Part shown: positions 40,465 to 49,804 of the stretch, in pieces
Position numbering within the stretch: position 1 is the first letter of the stretch
How the letters are laid out: every line of letters begins with the position of its first letter
From: Steroidobacteraceae bacterium
GTDB lineage: Bacteria > Pseudomonadota > Gammaproteobacteria > Steroidobacterales > Steroidobacteraceae
Assembly: GCA_035652555.1 (NCBI GenBank)
Contig: DASRDO010000049.1
Coordinates: forward strand, 69,379-133,378
Direction of reading: 5' to 3'
Length of the DNA stretch: 64,000 bases
Made by a program: the position numbers and the translations under genes
Notes under the pieces: model-generated
The model's database searches: none
Told to the model about the DNA's origin: nothing
What the model saw: the letters and a program-made list of their open reading frames with translations, nothing else

Positions 40465-41897
40465 TGGGACGGCTGATCAATGTCTCCAATCGCGTGCCGC
40501 TCGCGAAGACCGCCGCGCCCGGCGGGCTCGCGGTCGGCGTGCTGGCGGCGATGCGCGCTCGCGGCGGCCTGTGGTTCGGTTGGAATGGTGAGACCACCGG
40601 CCAGGAGCCCGGCGAGCCGGAGATCACCATCCGCGAGTCGCTGACCTACGCCACGATCCCGCTGCCGCAGACCCTCTACGAGCGCTATTACAGCGGCTTC
40701 GCCAACGGCACGCTCTGGCCGCTCTTTCACTACTTTCTCGCCGGCCTGCGTTACGAGGACCAGGAATACGCCGCCTACGAGCAGGCCAATGCGCTGTTTG
40801 CCGCGCGGCTGTCACCGCTGCTCGAGCCCGGCGATCTCATTTGGGTGCACGACTACCACCTCATCCCCCTCGCCGAGAAGCTGCGTTCGCACGGGGTGCG
40901 TCAGCCGATCGGCTTCTTCCTGCACGTCCCCTTTCCGCACTTCGAGGTGCTGCGCGCGTTGCCGACTTTCGCGGAGATCCTGCGCGCGCTGTTGGCATAC
41001 GACCTCGTTGGCTTCCAGACGGAAACCGACCGCGGGAGCTTCCTGGATTCCGTGCGCATCCTCTGGGGTGCGCAGGCCGTGGGAGAGGGCGGCACGGTGA
41101 GCGCCGCCGGCGGCGGCCGCGCGGTGCGCACCGGTGTCTATCCGATCGGCGTCGATGTGGAAGCAATCGGCCAGAGCGCAGGCAAGGCGGCAGGCTCGGC
41201 GCCGGTGCAGCGAATGATGGAGAGTCTCGTCGGCAGGAGGCTCATCGTCGGCGTCGACCGGCTCGACTACAGCAAGGGGCTGCTCGAGCGCTTCCAGGCC
41301 TATCGACAGTTTCTCGAGAGCTATCCGGAACAGATCGGGCAGGTGACCTTCCTCCAGATCGCGCCGCTCGGCCGGCAGAAGGTGCAGGCCTACGCCCAGA
41401 TCCGTGACTCGCTCGAGCAGAGCTCGGGGCGAACCAACGGCCGCTTCGCGGATGCCGACTGGACGCCCATCCGCTATCTCAACCGCAACTTCCCCCATGC
41501 GACCCTCATGGGATTCCTGCGTGCCGCGCAGGTGTGCCTGGTCACGGCGCTGCGCGATGGCATGAATCTCGTCGCCAAGGAGTTCATCGCCGCCCAGGAT
41601 CCGGACGACCCGGGCGTCCTGGTGCTGTCGAATCGCGCCGGCGCGGCCTGCGAGCTGACCGAGGCGCTGCTCATCAACCCCTACGATACCAGGGGCATCG
41701 CCCGTGCGATCCAGCGCGCGCTCACCATGCCCCTCGCCGAGCGCCGCTCCCGCCATGCCGCCTCGCTCGCCATCCTGCGGAAGAATGACATCCATCGTTG
41801 GCACACCCGCTTCATCGAGGAGCTGCAGGCGGCGCGCGGACGGGCCTCCTCCCGCAGGAGTGCCGAGCCCGCCGAGCTCTCGGCCTTCCGCCACTAG
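40464..41897 (+). CDS. otsA: alpha,alpha-trehalose-phosphate synthase (UDP-forming), GT20
   Basis: 477 aa. Motifs: [12 protein letters not shown]...[41 protein letters not shown]. Confidence 0.92.
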   Translation: MGRLINVSNRVPLAKTAAPGGLAVGVLAAMRARGGLWFGWNGETTGQEPGEPEITIRESLTYATIPLPQTLYERYYSGFANGTLWPLFHYFLAGLRYEDQEYAAYEQANALFAARLSPLLEPGDLIWVHDYHLIPLAEKLRSHGVRQPIGFFLHVPFPHFEVLRALPTFAEILRALLAYDLVGFQTETDRGSFLDSVRILWGAQAVGEGGTVSAAGGGRAVRTGVYPIGVDVEAIGQSAGKAAGSAPVQRMMESLVGRRLIVGVDRLDYSKGLLERFQAYRQFLESYPEQIGQVTFLQIAPLGRQKVQAYAQIRDSLEQSSGRTNGRFADADWTPIRYLNRNFPHATLMGFLRAAQVCLVTALRDGMNLVAKEFIAAQDPDDPGVLVLSNRAGAACELTEALLINPYDTRGIARAIQRALTMPLAERRSRHAASLAILRKNDIHRWHTRFIEELQAARGRASSRRSAEPAELSAFRH

Positions 41898-42036
41898 CCG
41901 GGGCGTGCGCGCCACAGTGATGAGATGCCCGATCGCTGCCGGCTCGAGCAGCAGGCGTGCAAGTGCTCCCGCCTCTCCAAGGGGCTCTCCGCGCATCCTC
42001 GTCGAGCCGCTGCGGTTCCTGATAAGCTAACGCCCC

Positions 42037-43614
42037 ATGGGGGGAGATTTGGGCTTGTCGGCAAGCGGCGCATTCCATCCATACGGCGGATCGGAGGACA
42101 CCGATGCGCAAAGCGCGGTGGCGCACCTCGCGGCGATCGTGGAGTCCTCCAACGACGCCATCATCAGCAAAACCCTCCAGGGGGAGATCCGGTCCTGGAA
42201 TCTCGGTGCGCAGCGTATCTTCGGCTGGTCGGCGGCCGAGGCGGTCGGCCGCTCGATCACGCTCATCATCCCGCCGGAAAGGCTCGCGGAGGAGCAGCAC
42301 ATCCTCGATACGCTCAGGCGCGGCGAGCGGATCGAGCACTTCGAGACCACGCGTATGACCAAGGATGGCCGCCAAATCGAGGTCTCTCTGACGGTCTCGC
42401 CGGTGCGTAACTCGGCGGGCATCGTGATCGGCGCATCGAAAATCGCACGCGACATCACTGCCCGCAAGCAGGCGGAGCGACTCCTGCAGGAACGTGAGGA
42501 AGCACTGCGCGAGGCCGATCGGCGCAAGGATGAGTTTCTCGCTCTGCTCGGCCACGAGCTGCGTAATCCGCTGGCGCCCATCCACAACGCGACCGAGCTG
42601 CTTTCCTGCATGTTGTCGGAGGACTCTCGCGCCCGCATTCCCCTCGAGATGATCAGGCGTCAGACCACACAATTGACGCGGCTGGTCGACGACCTGCTCG
42701 ACATCGGACGTATCACGCAAGGACGGATCCGTCTCGAATCCGAGCCGCTCGAGCTTGCAAGTGTCATCGCTCAAGCATTCGAGACCGTCGAGCCGCAGCT
42801 GCGGCAGAAGCGGCACAAAGCTTCGGTGATCAGCAGCTACGAGCCTCTCTATGTCGTGGGTGACTTCCACCGCCTCGTCCAGTGCGTCTCCAATGTCCTC
42901 GGCAACGCCGTCAAGTACACCGATCCTGGCGGCGAGATTCAGGTCAGGACGAGCACTGAAGGCACGGACGCTGTGATCCAGATCGCCGATAATGGTCTCG
43001 GCATCTCGCCGCATCTGCTGCCGCGGATCTTCGAGATCTTCGTGCAGGGTGAAGGCTCTCTGGACCGCGCCCAGGGTGGCCTCGGAGTCGGCCTGGCCAT
43101 CGTGAGGCGCCTGATCGAGCGTCACGGCGGCACCGTCACCGCGCGCAGTCCGGGACCCAGGCAGGGCTCGACGTTCGAGATCCGGCTGCCTCGAATCGTG
43201 CGGCCGCAGTCCAGCACAGCCGCTGAGTCGCGCGTTGAAGCCGTGCCCCGGCGCGTGCTGATCGTCGATGACAACACCGATGCGGCGAACTCGCTCGCGA
43301 TGCTTCTGAGCCTGCGCGGCCACCAGACTCAGGTCGCCTTCAACGGGCGGGAAGCGCTCGAGCGCCTCCGCGGTTTTCAGGCGGACGTGGTGCTGCTCGA
43401 TATCGGCTTGCCCGGGACGGATGGCTACGAGCTGGCAGAGCGGCTGCGGGCCAATCCCGAGCTGCGGGGTATGCGCCTGGTCGCGCTCACCGGGTACGGC
43501 CAGATGGAGGATCAGCAGCGGGCGAGGGCGGCCGGATTCGACGATCACCTGGTGAAGCCGGTGACCCTCGCGGCCCTCGAGCGGACCCTGGCCGGCCTCG
43601 CTGCGGAAGGCTGA
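42037..43614 (+). CDS. soluble hybrid sensor histidine kinase (PAS - HisKA - HATPase - receiver)
   Basis: PAS: AIVESSNDAIISKTLQGEIRSWN...KDGRQIEVSLTVSPV. H-box: FLALLGHELRNPLAP. G-boxes: DNGLGI and GGLGVGLAIV. REC: RVLIVDDNTDAANSL...VVLLDIGLPGTDG...KPV. No TM segment is present. Confidence 0.88.
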   Translation: MGGDLGLSASGAFHPYGGSEDTDAQSAVAHLAAIVESSNDAIISKTLQGEIRSWNLGAQRIFGWSAAEAVGRSITLIIPPERLAEEQHILDTLRRGERIEHFETTRMTKDGRQIEVSLTVSPVRNSAGIVIGASKIARDITARKQAERLLQEREEALREADRRKDEFLALLGHELRNPLAPIHNATELLSCMLSEDSRARIPLEMIRRQTTQLTRLVDDLLDIGRITQGRIRLESEPLELASVIAQAFETVEPQLRQKRHKASVISSYEPLYVVGDFHRLVQCVSNVLGNAVKYTDPGGEIQVRTSTEGTDAVIQIADNGLGISPHLLPRIFEIFVQGEGSLDRAQGGLGVGLAIVRRLIERHGGTVTARSPGPRQGSTFEIRLPRIVRPQSSTAAESRVEAVPRRVLIVDDNTDAANSLAMLLSLRGHQTQVAFNGREALERLRGFQADVVLLDIGLPGTDGYELAERLRANPELRGMRLVALTGYGQMEDQQRARAAGFDDHLVKPVTLAALERTLAGLAAEG

Positions 43615-43626
43615 GTCCACCCCTCA

Positions 43627-44691
43627 TCACTTGCTCACTGAGGCTATCGAGCCGCGGATCAGCAGCTCGAGGTCGAGCCGCGGCCGTGGCATGGGACGCG
43701 GCCAGCCGTATCGGTGCGGGCGATGTTGGATGATGAGGTCGGTCGCGATCCGCCCAATCTCCCTGACGGGCTGACGCACGGTGGCGAGCTGTGGCCAGGT
43801 CATGCTGGCGACCGGGGCGTCGTCGAAGCCGGCGAGCGAGAGCTGCCGGGGCACCTCGAGCCCCATCTGGCGCGCGACGCACGCTGCCGCGGCGGCCATG
43901 TCGTCGTTGCTGGCGAAGATCGCAGTGGGCGGTGCGCGCACCTCGAGGATGCGTCGCGCACACTCGAGCCCGTCAGCGAACTCGAAGTTCCCGGTCTGCA
44001 CGAGCTCCGGGTCGATGCTGAGGCCGCGCGCATGCATGGCATCGGAAAATCCGAGATAACGCTGTTCGGTGGCGCGGTGGCCCGCAGGGCCGAGCATGAA
44101 GCCGATGCGCGTATGACCGCGGTCGAGTAGCGCCACGGTCATCTGCCGTGCCGCTGCGCGATCGTCCGTGTCGACGGACGGGGAGTCCACCGGCTCGCGC
44201 ATCGGGGCAATGTGAACCGTGGGCACGTCCGCGTCCGCCAACGCGGCCCGCACGGTCGCATGATCGCTCAAGGGCGGCAGCAGGATGACGCCCTCCAGGC
44301 GGAGCTGCCGCACGAGCATGCTGACGTCCCGCGCCATCTCCTTGCTCGTGATGTCGAGCGGCTGCACCATCAGGTGCAGGTCCGATTCGCGGCAGCGCTG
44401 GACGGCACCGGTCTGGAACTCACTCAGGTAGTCACCCGGCTTGTCGTAGAAGAGGCCGATGAGGAAGGAGCGGGCGCCGGCGAGGCCGCGGGCGTTGAGA
44501 TTGGGCTGATAGTCGAGCTGCCGGATGGCCTCCTGGATGCGATGCCGCGTTTCTTCGCGTACGCCGCGCTCGTTGTTGATCACGCGGGATACGGTCTTCG
44601 GCGACACCCGGGCGCGGTCGGCGACCATCTGGATCGTCGCGGGGCCTCGCCGCGCGCTCGCCTCTTTGCTCATCATGCTACGATAAAACAT
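43627..44691 (-). CDS. LacI-family transcriptional regulator
   Basis: The HTH reads ATIQMVADRARVSPKTVSRVINNERGV, followed by a periplasmic-binding-protein-like sugar-binding core. The start is probably one of the MM codons at 44673-44676 rather than 44691. Confidence 0.85.
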   Translation of the reverse strand: MFYRSMMSKEASARRGPATIQMVADRARVSPKTVSRVINNERGVREETRHRIQEAIRQLDYQPNLNARGLAGARSFLIGLFYDKPGDYLSEFQTGAVQRCRESDLHLMVQPLDITSKEMARDVSMLVRQLRLEGVILLPPLSDHATVRAALADADVPTVHIAPMREPVDSPSVDTDDRAAARQMTVALLDRGHTRIGFMLGPAGHRATEQRYLGFSDAMHARGLSIDPELVQTGNFEFADGLECARRILEVRAPPTAIFASNDDMAAAAACVARQMGLEVPRQLSLAGFDDAPVASMTWPQLATVRQPVREIGRIATDLIIQHRPHRYGWPRPMPRPRLDLELLIRGSIASVSK

Positions 44692-46281
44692 ATGTCAGCG
44701 CTGTCAACTGGCGCGCCGGTCCTCGACCTGCTCGTCGTCGCGGTGTGCGTGGTCGGCATCGTCGGATTCGGGCTCGCCGTCTCGCGCCGCAGAGCGCGCG
44801 CCGAGGAGTACTTCCTCGCCGCACGCGCCTCCCGCTGGCCGGCCATCGGCCTCGCGCTCTTCGCTTCCAACATCTCTTCGACGGCGATCGTCGGGCTCGC
44901 GGGCGCCGCCTACGTCATGGGCATTTCGGTCTACGACTACGAGTGGTCGGCGGGAGTCGTGCTGGTTTTCTATTGCGTCTTCCTGCTGCCCTTCGTGTTG
45001 CGCAGCCGCGTCTACACCATGCCGGAGTTCCTCGAGCGCCGCTACGACGGCCGGGTGCGCCTCTATTTCGCGGCGCTCAATGTCTTCCTCAACGTCTTCG
45101 TGGATTCGGCGGCGGCCCTCTACTGCGGCGGGCTGGTGTGCAGGATGCTCTTACCGGGGCTGCCGCTCTGGGCGATCGTTGCGGCGCTCGCCGGGGCGAC
45201 CGGTCTCTACACCCTGGCAGGCGGACTGCGTGCGGTGATTTATACCCAGGCCGTGCAGGCAGTGCTGCTCATCGCCGGTGCCGTCACGATCACCGCGGCC
45301 GCCTTCACTCGGGTGGGCGGCTGGCACGCCATCGCGCACGGCGTCGATCCGGCGATGCTGTCGCTGATCCGGCCGGCCGGCGATCCCGGTGTCCCATGGC
45401 CGGGCCTTGCGCTCGGCATTCCCGTGCTCGGGCTCTACTACTGGTGCACCAATCAGTACATGGTTCAGCAGACGTTGTCGGCCCGAAGCCTGGATGACGG
45501 GAGAGGGGGTGCGCTGTTCGCCGGCCTGCTGAAGCTGAGCGTGCTGTTTCTCATGATTTTGCCCGGGACCTGTGCGCTCGTGTTGTTCCCGCATCTCCCG
45601 CGCTCGGATCTCGTCTATCCCACGCTCATGCTGCGCCTCCTGCCGCAGGGGCTTCTCGGGCTCGTGGCCGCAGGGTTCGTGGCCGCGACCATGGCCGCCG
45701 TCGCCTCCACACTCAACTCCGCCTCCGCGATCATCACCATGGATGTAGTGAGGCGGCTCGCGCCGCGGCTGTCGGAGAGTCAGATCGTACGCATCGGCCG
45801 CAGGAGCATGGCGGTCCTGCTCCTCGTCGCGGTGCTCTGGGCCCCGCAGCTACAGCGCTTCGGCACCCTCTGGCAGTATCTGCAGGCGATGCTGGCCTAT
45901 GCGGTCCCGCCGATCGTCGCGCTGGTACTGACCGGGATCTTCTGGCGCGGCGCGAACGCCAGGGGCGCCGCGGTGACCCTCGTGCTCGGTACGGCATGCG
46001 GCATTGCGCTCTTCATCGCGAACGTACCTTTACAGCTCCTGCACCTGCACTTTCTATACGTCGCGCCGCTCCTGTTCGTTCTCGACACCGCGATCCTGGT
46101 CATGGTGAGCTCGTGGAGCCGCTCGCCCCGCTCGGCAGTGGCGTCGGAGCTGGTCTGGACCCCCGCATACTACCGGGCGGAGACGGAGCGGCTGCGATCC
46201 GTCGCGTTCTGGCGCAATTACAGAACGCACGCCGTCGGTCTACTCATTCTGACAGCCATCGTGGTCGTTATCTTTCGATAG
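44692..46281 (+). CDS. sodium:solute symporter (SSS family)
   Basis: Start taken at MSALSTGAPVLDLLVV (44692). There are about 13 hydrophobic helices. SSS blocks: EYFLAARASRWPAIGLALFASNISS and TMPEFLERRYD. The 5' part of the 689-aa track ORF is an antisense extension over the LacI gene. Confidence 0.85.
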   Translation: MSALSTGAPVLDLLVVAVCVVGIVGFGLAVSRRRARAEEYFLAARASRWPAIGLALFASNISSTAIVGLAGAAYVMGISVYDYEWSAGVVLVFYCVFLLPFVLRSRVYTMPEFLERRYDGRVRLYFAALNVFLNVFVDSAAALYCGGLVCRMLLPGLPLWAIVAALAGATGLYTLAGGLRAVIYTQAVQAVLLIAGAVTITAAAFTRVGGWHAIAHGVDPAMLSLIRPAGDPGVPWPGLALGIPVLGLYYWCTNQYMVQQTLSARSLDDGRGGALFAGLLKLSVLFLMILPGTCALVLFPHLPRSDLVYPTLMLRLLPQGLLGLVAAGFVAATMAAVASTLNSASAIITMDVVRRLAPRLSESQIVRIGRRSMAVLLLVAVLWAPQLQRFGTLWQYLQAMLAYAVPPIVALVLTGIFWRGANARGAAVTLVLGTACGIALFIANVPLQLLHLHFLYVAPLLFVLDTAILVMVSSWSRSPRSAVASELVWTPAYYRAETERLRSVAFWRNYRTHAVGLLILTAIVVVIFR

Positions 46282-46330
46282 GCCGGGCGATGGCCCCTGC
46301 GACATCCGCGGCCGTCTGTCTACTCTCGAA

Positions 46331-46358
46331 TTGACAAAAACGCAGCATGTAGTAGAGT
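46331..46358 (+). promoter_or_regulatory. sigma-70-like promoter TTGACA-N16-TAGAGT
   Basis: A perfect -35 hexamer (46331-46336) and a 4/6 -10 hexamer (46353-46358) lie in an AT-rich gap, about 65 nt upstream of the ATG at 46423. Confidence 0.45.
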
Positions 46359-46422
46359 CGCCGAACAATATAGTAGGGTGCCCGGTGATGCCCGAGCGGG
46401 ACCACGCTCAGGAGCCATAGAA

Positions 46423-48354
46423 ATGAAGCGACTACGATTGCTGCTCTTGCCTGCTGTCTTCGCCGCGGTTGCTTTCGGACAGCAGAGAGCCGGCGGCGCT
46501 GCTGCCGACATGGTCTACGCGCGGCCCGGCCAACTCGTCGACGTCGGTGGATATCGCGTGAATCTCCATTGCATGGGAAGCGGGTCGCCGACGGTCGTGT
46601 TCGACTCGGGGTGGGGAGACTGGTCGCCGGCGTGGTCGAAGGTACAGCCGCAGGTCGCCAGATGGACGCGCGCCTGCAGCTACGACCGTGCCGGCACCGG
46701 GCTCAGCGATCCGGGTCCCCTGCCGCGCACCAGCGTGCGCATCGCCGGAGAGCTGCGTGCTGCGCTCCATCATGCCGGCCTCGCTGGGCCCTACATTCTG
46801 GTCGCGTCCGCGTTCGGCAGTGACAACGTGCGGACATTTGCGGACCTGTACACGCGTGAAGTCGCCGGATTGGTTTTTGTCGATGCGGATGCCGACGACC
46901 TCATATCGAAGGCGCTGCAGGAGGAGAGCCATCGAAGTGAGGCCGGATTCATCCCGAGCTTGATCGCGTGTCGGAATGCAGTTGCCGAGCACAGGCCCCT
47001 GCCGGTACTACCCTCCAGGTCGAGCCGGCCATCGCGGGTGTGTGCCGAACGCGTCTTCTTCCGGGGCTTTCCCGAGGCTGAGTGGTCTTCAGGGCTGAAC
47101 GCCGAGGTGCTGCAGCTCGCGAAAACCAAGGTCGCCATGTATGACGCCTACATCTCCGAGATGAAGGAAATGCCGGCGGACGAGCTCTGGCTGCGACAGC
47201 ACCGCCGCTCATTCGGCTCCGTGCCCCTTCGCGTGCTCACCAGCGGCAATCACGGAGTGGGCCATTTGGCCCAAAAGCCGCCGGACACGCCGCAGCATCT
47301 CGAGTACGAGAAGGAAAACACGCAGGCTCAAGGCCGTTGGCTCGCGCTGTCCTCCGATGCCAGGCAGATATTCGTGCACGACAGCTCGGAATACATCCAG
47401 TTCGACCAACCGGCGGCGGTGATCGACGCCATCCGTGACGTGCATGACCGGGCAGAGAATGCCGCGAAGGCGCAGCAATCACAGCCATCACCGCGCGCAA
47501 TGGAAACTTTTCGCGACTGCCCCGATTGCCCGCAAATGGTCGTCGTTCCAGCGGGGCGATTCACCATGGGCTCCTCGGCGGCTGAAAAGTCCTGGGCAGC
47601 CGCTCACGGCACCACTTTGGGGTCGGTGGCGGATGAGGCTCCGCAGCACGAAGTGTCGGTGCCATCGTTTGCCATAGGTAAATATGACGTAACCCGGGGG
47701 GAATATGCGGCCTTCGTTCGGGAGACGGGGCACCCCGCCGGCGATGGCTGCGGCGCGGATAGCTACTCGTGGCGGAAGCGTCCGGAGCTCAGCTGGGAGA
47801 ATCCCGGGTTCAGGCAGACCGATCGCGACCCAGTGGTGTGTGTGAGCTGGCAGGATGCGAACGGGTACATTGCGTGGCTGAACGGCAAGCTGAGGCGGAG
47901 CTCCAGCGCTTCAAACACGGGGCCTTATCGCCTGCCGAGCGAATCAGAGTGGGAATATGCAGCGCGCGCCGGGACGCAGACGAGATTCTGGTGGGGCGAC
48001 GATGATGCTGCGACGCCGGACCATGCCTGGTACAAGGAAAACGCGGGTGGGACCACACATCCGGTGGGCATGAAGGCAGCGAATGCGTTCGGTCTGTATG
48101 ACGCAGTGGGCAATGTCTGGCAGTGGACCGCCGATTGTTACGCCGGCAGCTATTCCGGCGCGCCGGCCAGTGGCCGTGCCAACGAGACCGGCGTGATCGA
48201 TCCTCGTCCCAAGGGCACCCACGTATGCATGCGCGTGGATCGGGGAGGCTCGTGGTTTTTCGGGCCGTGGGCCCTGCGCTCGGCCACACGGGAAAGAAAT
48301 CCTGTCGACTTTCGCGACACCTACATGGGATTTCGCGTGGCGCGGACGCTTTGA
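46423..48354 (+). CDS. secreted fusion protein: alpha/beta-hydrolase-fold domain + FGE-sulfatase (SUMF1/EgtB/PvdO-type) domain
   Basis: Start taken at MKRLRLLLLPAVFAAVAFGQQ (signal peptide). The N-terminal half is alpha/beta-hydrolase-like (VVFDSGWGDWSPAW..., LVASAFGSD). The C-terminal half is FGE-fold (MVVVPAGRFTMGS, PQHEVSVPSFAIGKYDVTRGEY, YRLPSESEWEYAARAG, NAFGLYDAVGNVWQWT, RGGSW). The FGE catalytic Cys pair is absent after RGGSW. Confidence 0.8.
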   Translation: MKRLRLLLLPAVFAAVAFGQQRAGGAAADMVYARPGQLVDVGGYRVNLHCMGSGSPTVVFDSGWGDWSPAWSKVQPQVARWTRACSYDRAGTGLSDPGPLPRTSVRIAGELRAALHHAGLAGPYILVASAFGSDNVRTFADLYTREVAGLVFVDADADDLISKALQEESHRSEAGFIPSLIACRNAVAEHRPLPVLPSRSSRPSRVCAERVFFRGFPEAEWSSGLNAEVLQLAKTKVAMYDAYISEMKEMPADELWLRQHRRSFGSVPLRVLTSGNHGVGHLAQKPPDTPQHLEYEKENTQAQGRWLALSSDARQIFVHDSSEYIQFDQPAAVIDAIRDVHDRAENAAKAQQSQPSPRAMETFRDCPDCPQMVVVPAGRFTMGSSAAEKSWAAAHGTTLGSVADEAPQHEVSVPSFAIGKYDVTRGEYAAFVRETGHPAGDGCGADSYSWRKRPELSWENPGFRQTDRDPVVCVSWQDANGYIAWLNGKLRRSSSASNTGPYRLPSESEWEYAARAGTQTRFWWGDDDAATPDHAWYKENAGGTTHPVGMKAANAFGLYDAVGNVWQWTADCYAGSYSGAPASGRANETGVIDPRPKGTHVCMRVDRGGSWFFGPWALRSATRERNPVDFRDTYMGFRVARTL

Positions 48355-48416
48355 GCGAGCTGTGCCGCGCACCACTCGGGCGTAGAATCCTCGCACCCGC
48401 AGCAAATGTGAGTCGC

Positions 48417-48803
48417 ATGCGCCTATCGAAAGCCGAGACCCGAATCCTGGAGCAGTTCTGGAAGCTCGGAACCTGCTCGGTGCGCGAGATTCTCGAGAGC
48501 CTGCCCGAAAAAGAACGCGTCGCTTACACGACGGTACAGACGCTGGTGTACAGGCTGGAGCTAAAGGGCGCTCTGCGGAAGGTGAAGAAGATCGGCAACG
48601 CGCAGCTGTTCGAGCCCGCGATCGACAAGGGGGAGTTCCGCAGCGGGCTGGTCCGTGATCTTCTGGACCTCTTCGGCGGCTCGCCCAGGCTCCTCGTCTC
48701 GAATCTGCTCGAGACGGGTACGATTACGCTCGAGGACCTGAAGGCGCTTCAGGAGGCACGTCCCGTGAAGGAGAACAAGCGGCGAGGTCGGAGTGATCGT
48801 TGA
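48417..48803 (+). CDS. BlaI/MecI/CopY-family transcriptional repressor
   Basis: Start taken at MRLSKAETRILEQFW (48417). The winged helix reads CSVREILESLPEKERVAYTTVQTLVYRLELKGAL. An ATGA-type overlap links it to the next gene. Confidence 0.85.
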   Translation: MRLSKAETRILEQFWKLGTCSVREILESLPEKERVAYTTVQTLVYRLELKGALRKVKKIGNAQLFEPAIDKGEFRSGLVRDLLDLFGGSPRLLVSNLLETGTITLEDLKALQEARPVKENKRRGRSDR

Positions 48804-49741
48804 TGCGTGAGCACGTGGCACCGGCGCTGTATTACCTGGAGGTACATCTCCTGTATGCATCGGTCGTGTGCCTCGCCGCGTGGATCCTGACTTCGCTGTG
48901 GAAGGGCGGTGAAACCGCGAAGTACTGGATCTGGGTGGTGACGTCGGTCAACTTCATGGTGCCTTTCGCCGGCTTCTTCAACGGATTCGGCTCATCGCAT
49001 CTCGCCTGGGCAACCCAGCTCGCCGGCCTCGACAGGGTGGGCTACGACCTGTCCCAAAATCTGTCCGCCGGCGCGGTGCTCCTCGGCGTATGGCTGTGCG
49101 GCGCGAGCTTCATGGCCGCACGGCTGGCGGTGCGCCTGCCGGGGAGCCGCGGGACCCAAGATATGACAGGCGGCCGCAATCCCACGCCCTTCCGGCGACG
49201 TCTGCTCACACGCGGCGTTCCGGTCATCCTCTGCGCAGCCGCAGAGGGGCCGTCGGTCGAGGGAGTGCTGCGCCCGCACATCTCCCTGCCGCTGGGTATC
49301 GACGACGTTCTGACCGAGCGAGAGCTCGATGCCGTCCTCATCCATGAAGTGACCCACGCGCGACGGCGTGACAACCTCGTTGCGCTCATTCACGAGATCG
49401 CACTCTGCGGTCTGTGGTTTCACCCGCTCCTGTGGCTCGCCGGCGCACGCCTCGCCCTGTTCAGGGAGCTGTCCTGCGACGAAGCAGTGATAGAGAGCTC
49501 GCGCGGTCCGGATCTCATCAGCGCGCTGGCAAAGCTGGCCGATCCGGGGGAGTCACGGCTCCTGAGCCCCGGCGCCGCAACCCTGTTCAGCCATCGCCTC
49601 GCGCTTCTGCAGACTTCTCAGCCGAACCGCGCGAGTCGTGCCGCGATGTTGGCGCTGCTCGGACTCTTCACAGCCGTGCTGCTTGCATGCATGGTGGAGA
49701 CGATCGCCCATACTTCGTGCTGCTTCAATCTCCCGGGGTAG
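48800..49741 (+). CDS. M56-family (BlaR1-like) membrane metallopeptidase lacking an extracytoplasmic sensor domain
   Basis: 313 aa with N-terminal TM helices. HExxH is in LIHEVTHARRRDN. One C-terminal TM (AAMLALLGLFTAVLLACMV) is followed by only about 15 residues. Confidence 0.8.
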   Translation: MMREHVAPALYYLEVHLLYASVVCLAAWILTSLWKGGETAKYWIWVVTSVNFMVPFAGFFNGFGSSHLAWATQLAGLDRVGYDLSQNLSAGAVLLGVWLCGASFMAARLAVRLPGSRGTQDMTGGRNPTPFRRRLLTRGVPVILCAAAEGPSVEGVLRPHISLPLGIDDVLTERELDAVLIHEVTHARRRDNLVALIHEIALCGLWFHPLLWLAGARLALFRELSCDEAVIESSRGPDLISALAKLADPGESRLLSPGAATLFSHRLALLQTSQPNRASRAAMLALLGLFTAVLLACMVETIAHTSCCFNLPG

Positions 49742-49804
49742 TCGAGCAGCGAAACGGGCGCGGACATCATGTTCGCTCCTGCCCTCGACCTGGCGCACCC
49801 ATCA

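Noticed and set aside
41812-43620. A 602-aa minus-strand ORF opposite the hybrid histidine kinase. Similar long antisense ORFs occur at 40812-41996 (otsA), 28544-30181 (DUF3683 oxidoreductase), 57830-59191 (S9 peptidase), 62164-63933 (DHDPS/PfpI), 3250-4431 (porin), 13994-15823 (TonB receptor), 11113-12126 (sulfotransferase) and 25442-26464 (TetR).
   Set aside because: In each case the opposite strand carries a protein with clear family motifs. The antisense translation is low-complexity and has no motifs. These are high-GC artefacts.
44696-44703. CAGCGCTG palindrome at the LacI/symporter junction as a LacI-family operator.
   Set aside because: It is only 8 bp, lies inside the symporter's first codons, and its flanks (TGT...TCA) do not complete the TG-N-AA-N-CG-N-TT-N-CA type consensus. 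Support is too weak to report.
47480-48354. The FGE-sulfatase domain as the maturase for the Cys-type sulfatase at 7075-8526.
   Set aside because: The domain lacks the two catalytic cysteines after RGGSW. It is fused to a signal peptide-bearing protein and so is predicted to be extracytoplasmic, whereas the sulfatase has no signal peptide. The two genes are about 38 kb apart.
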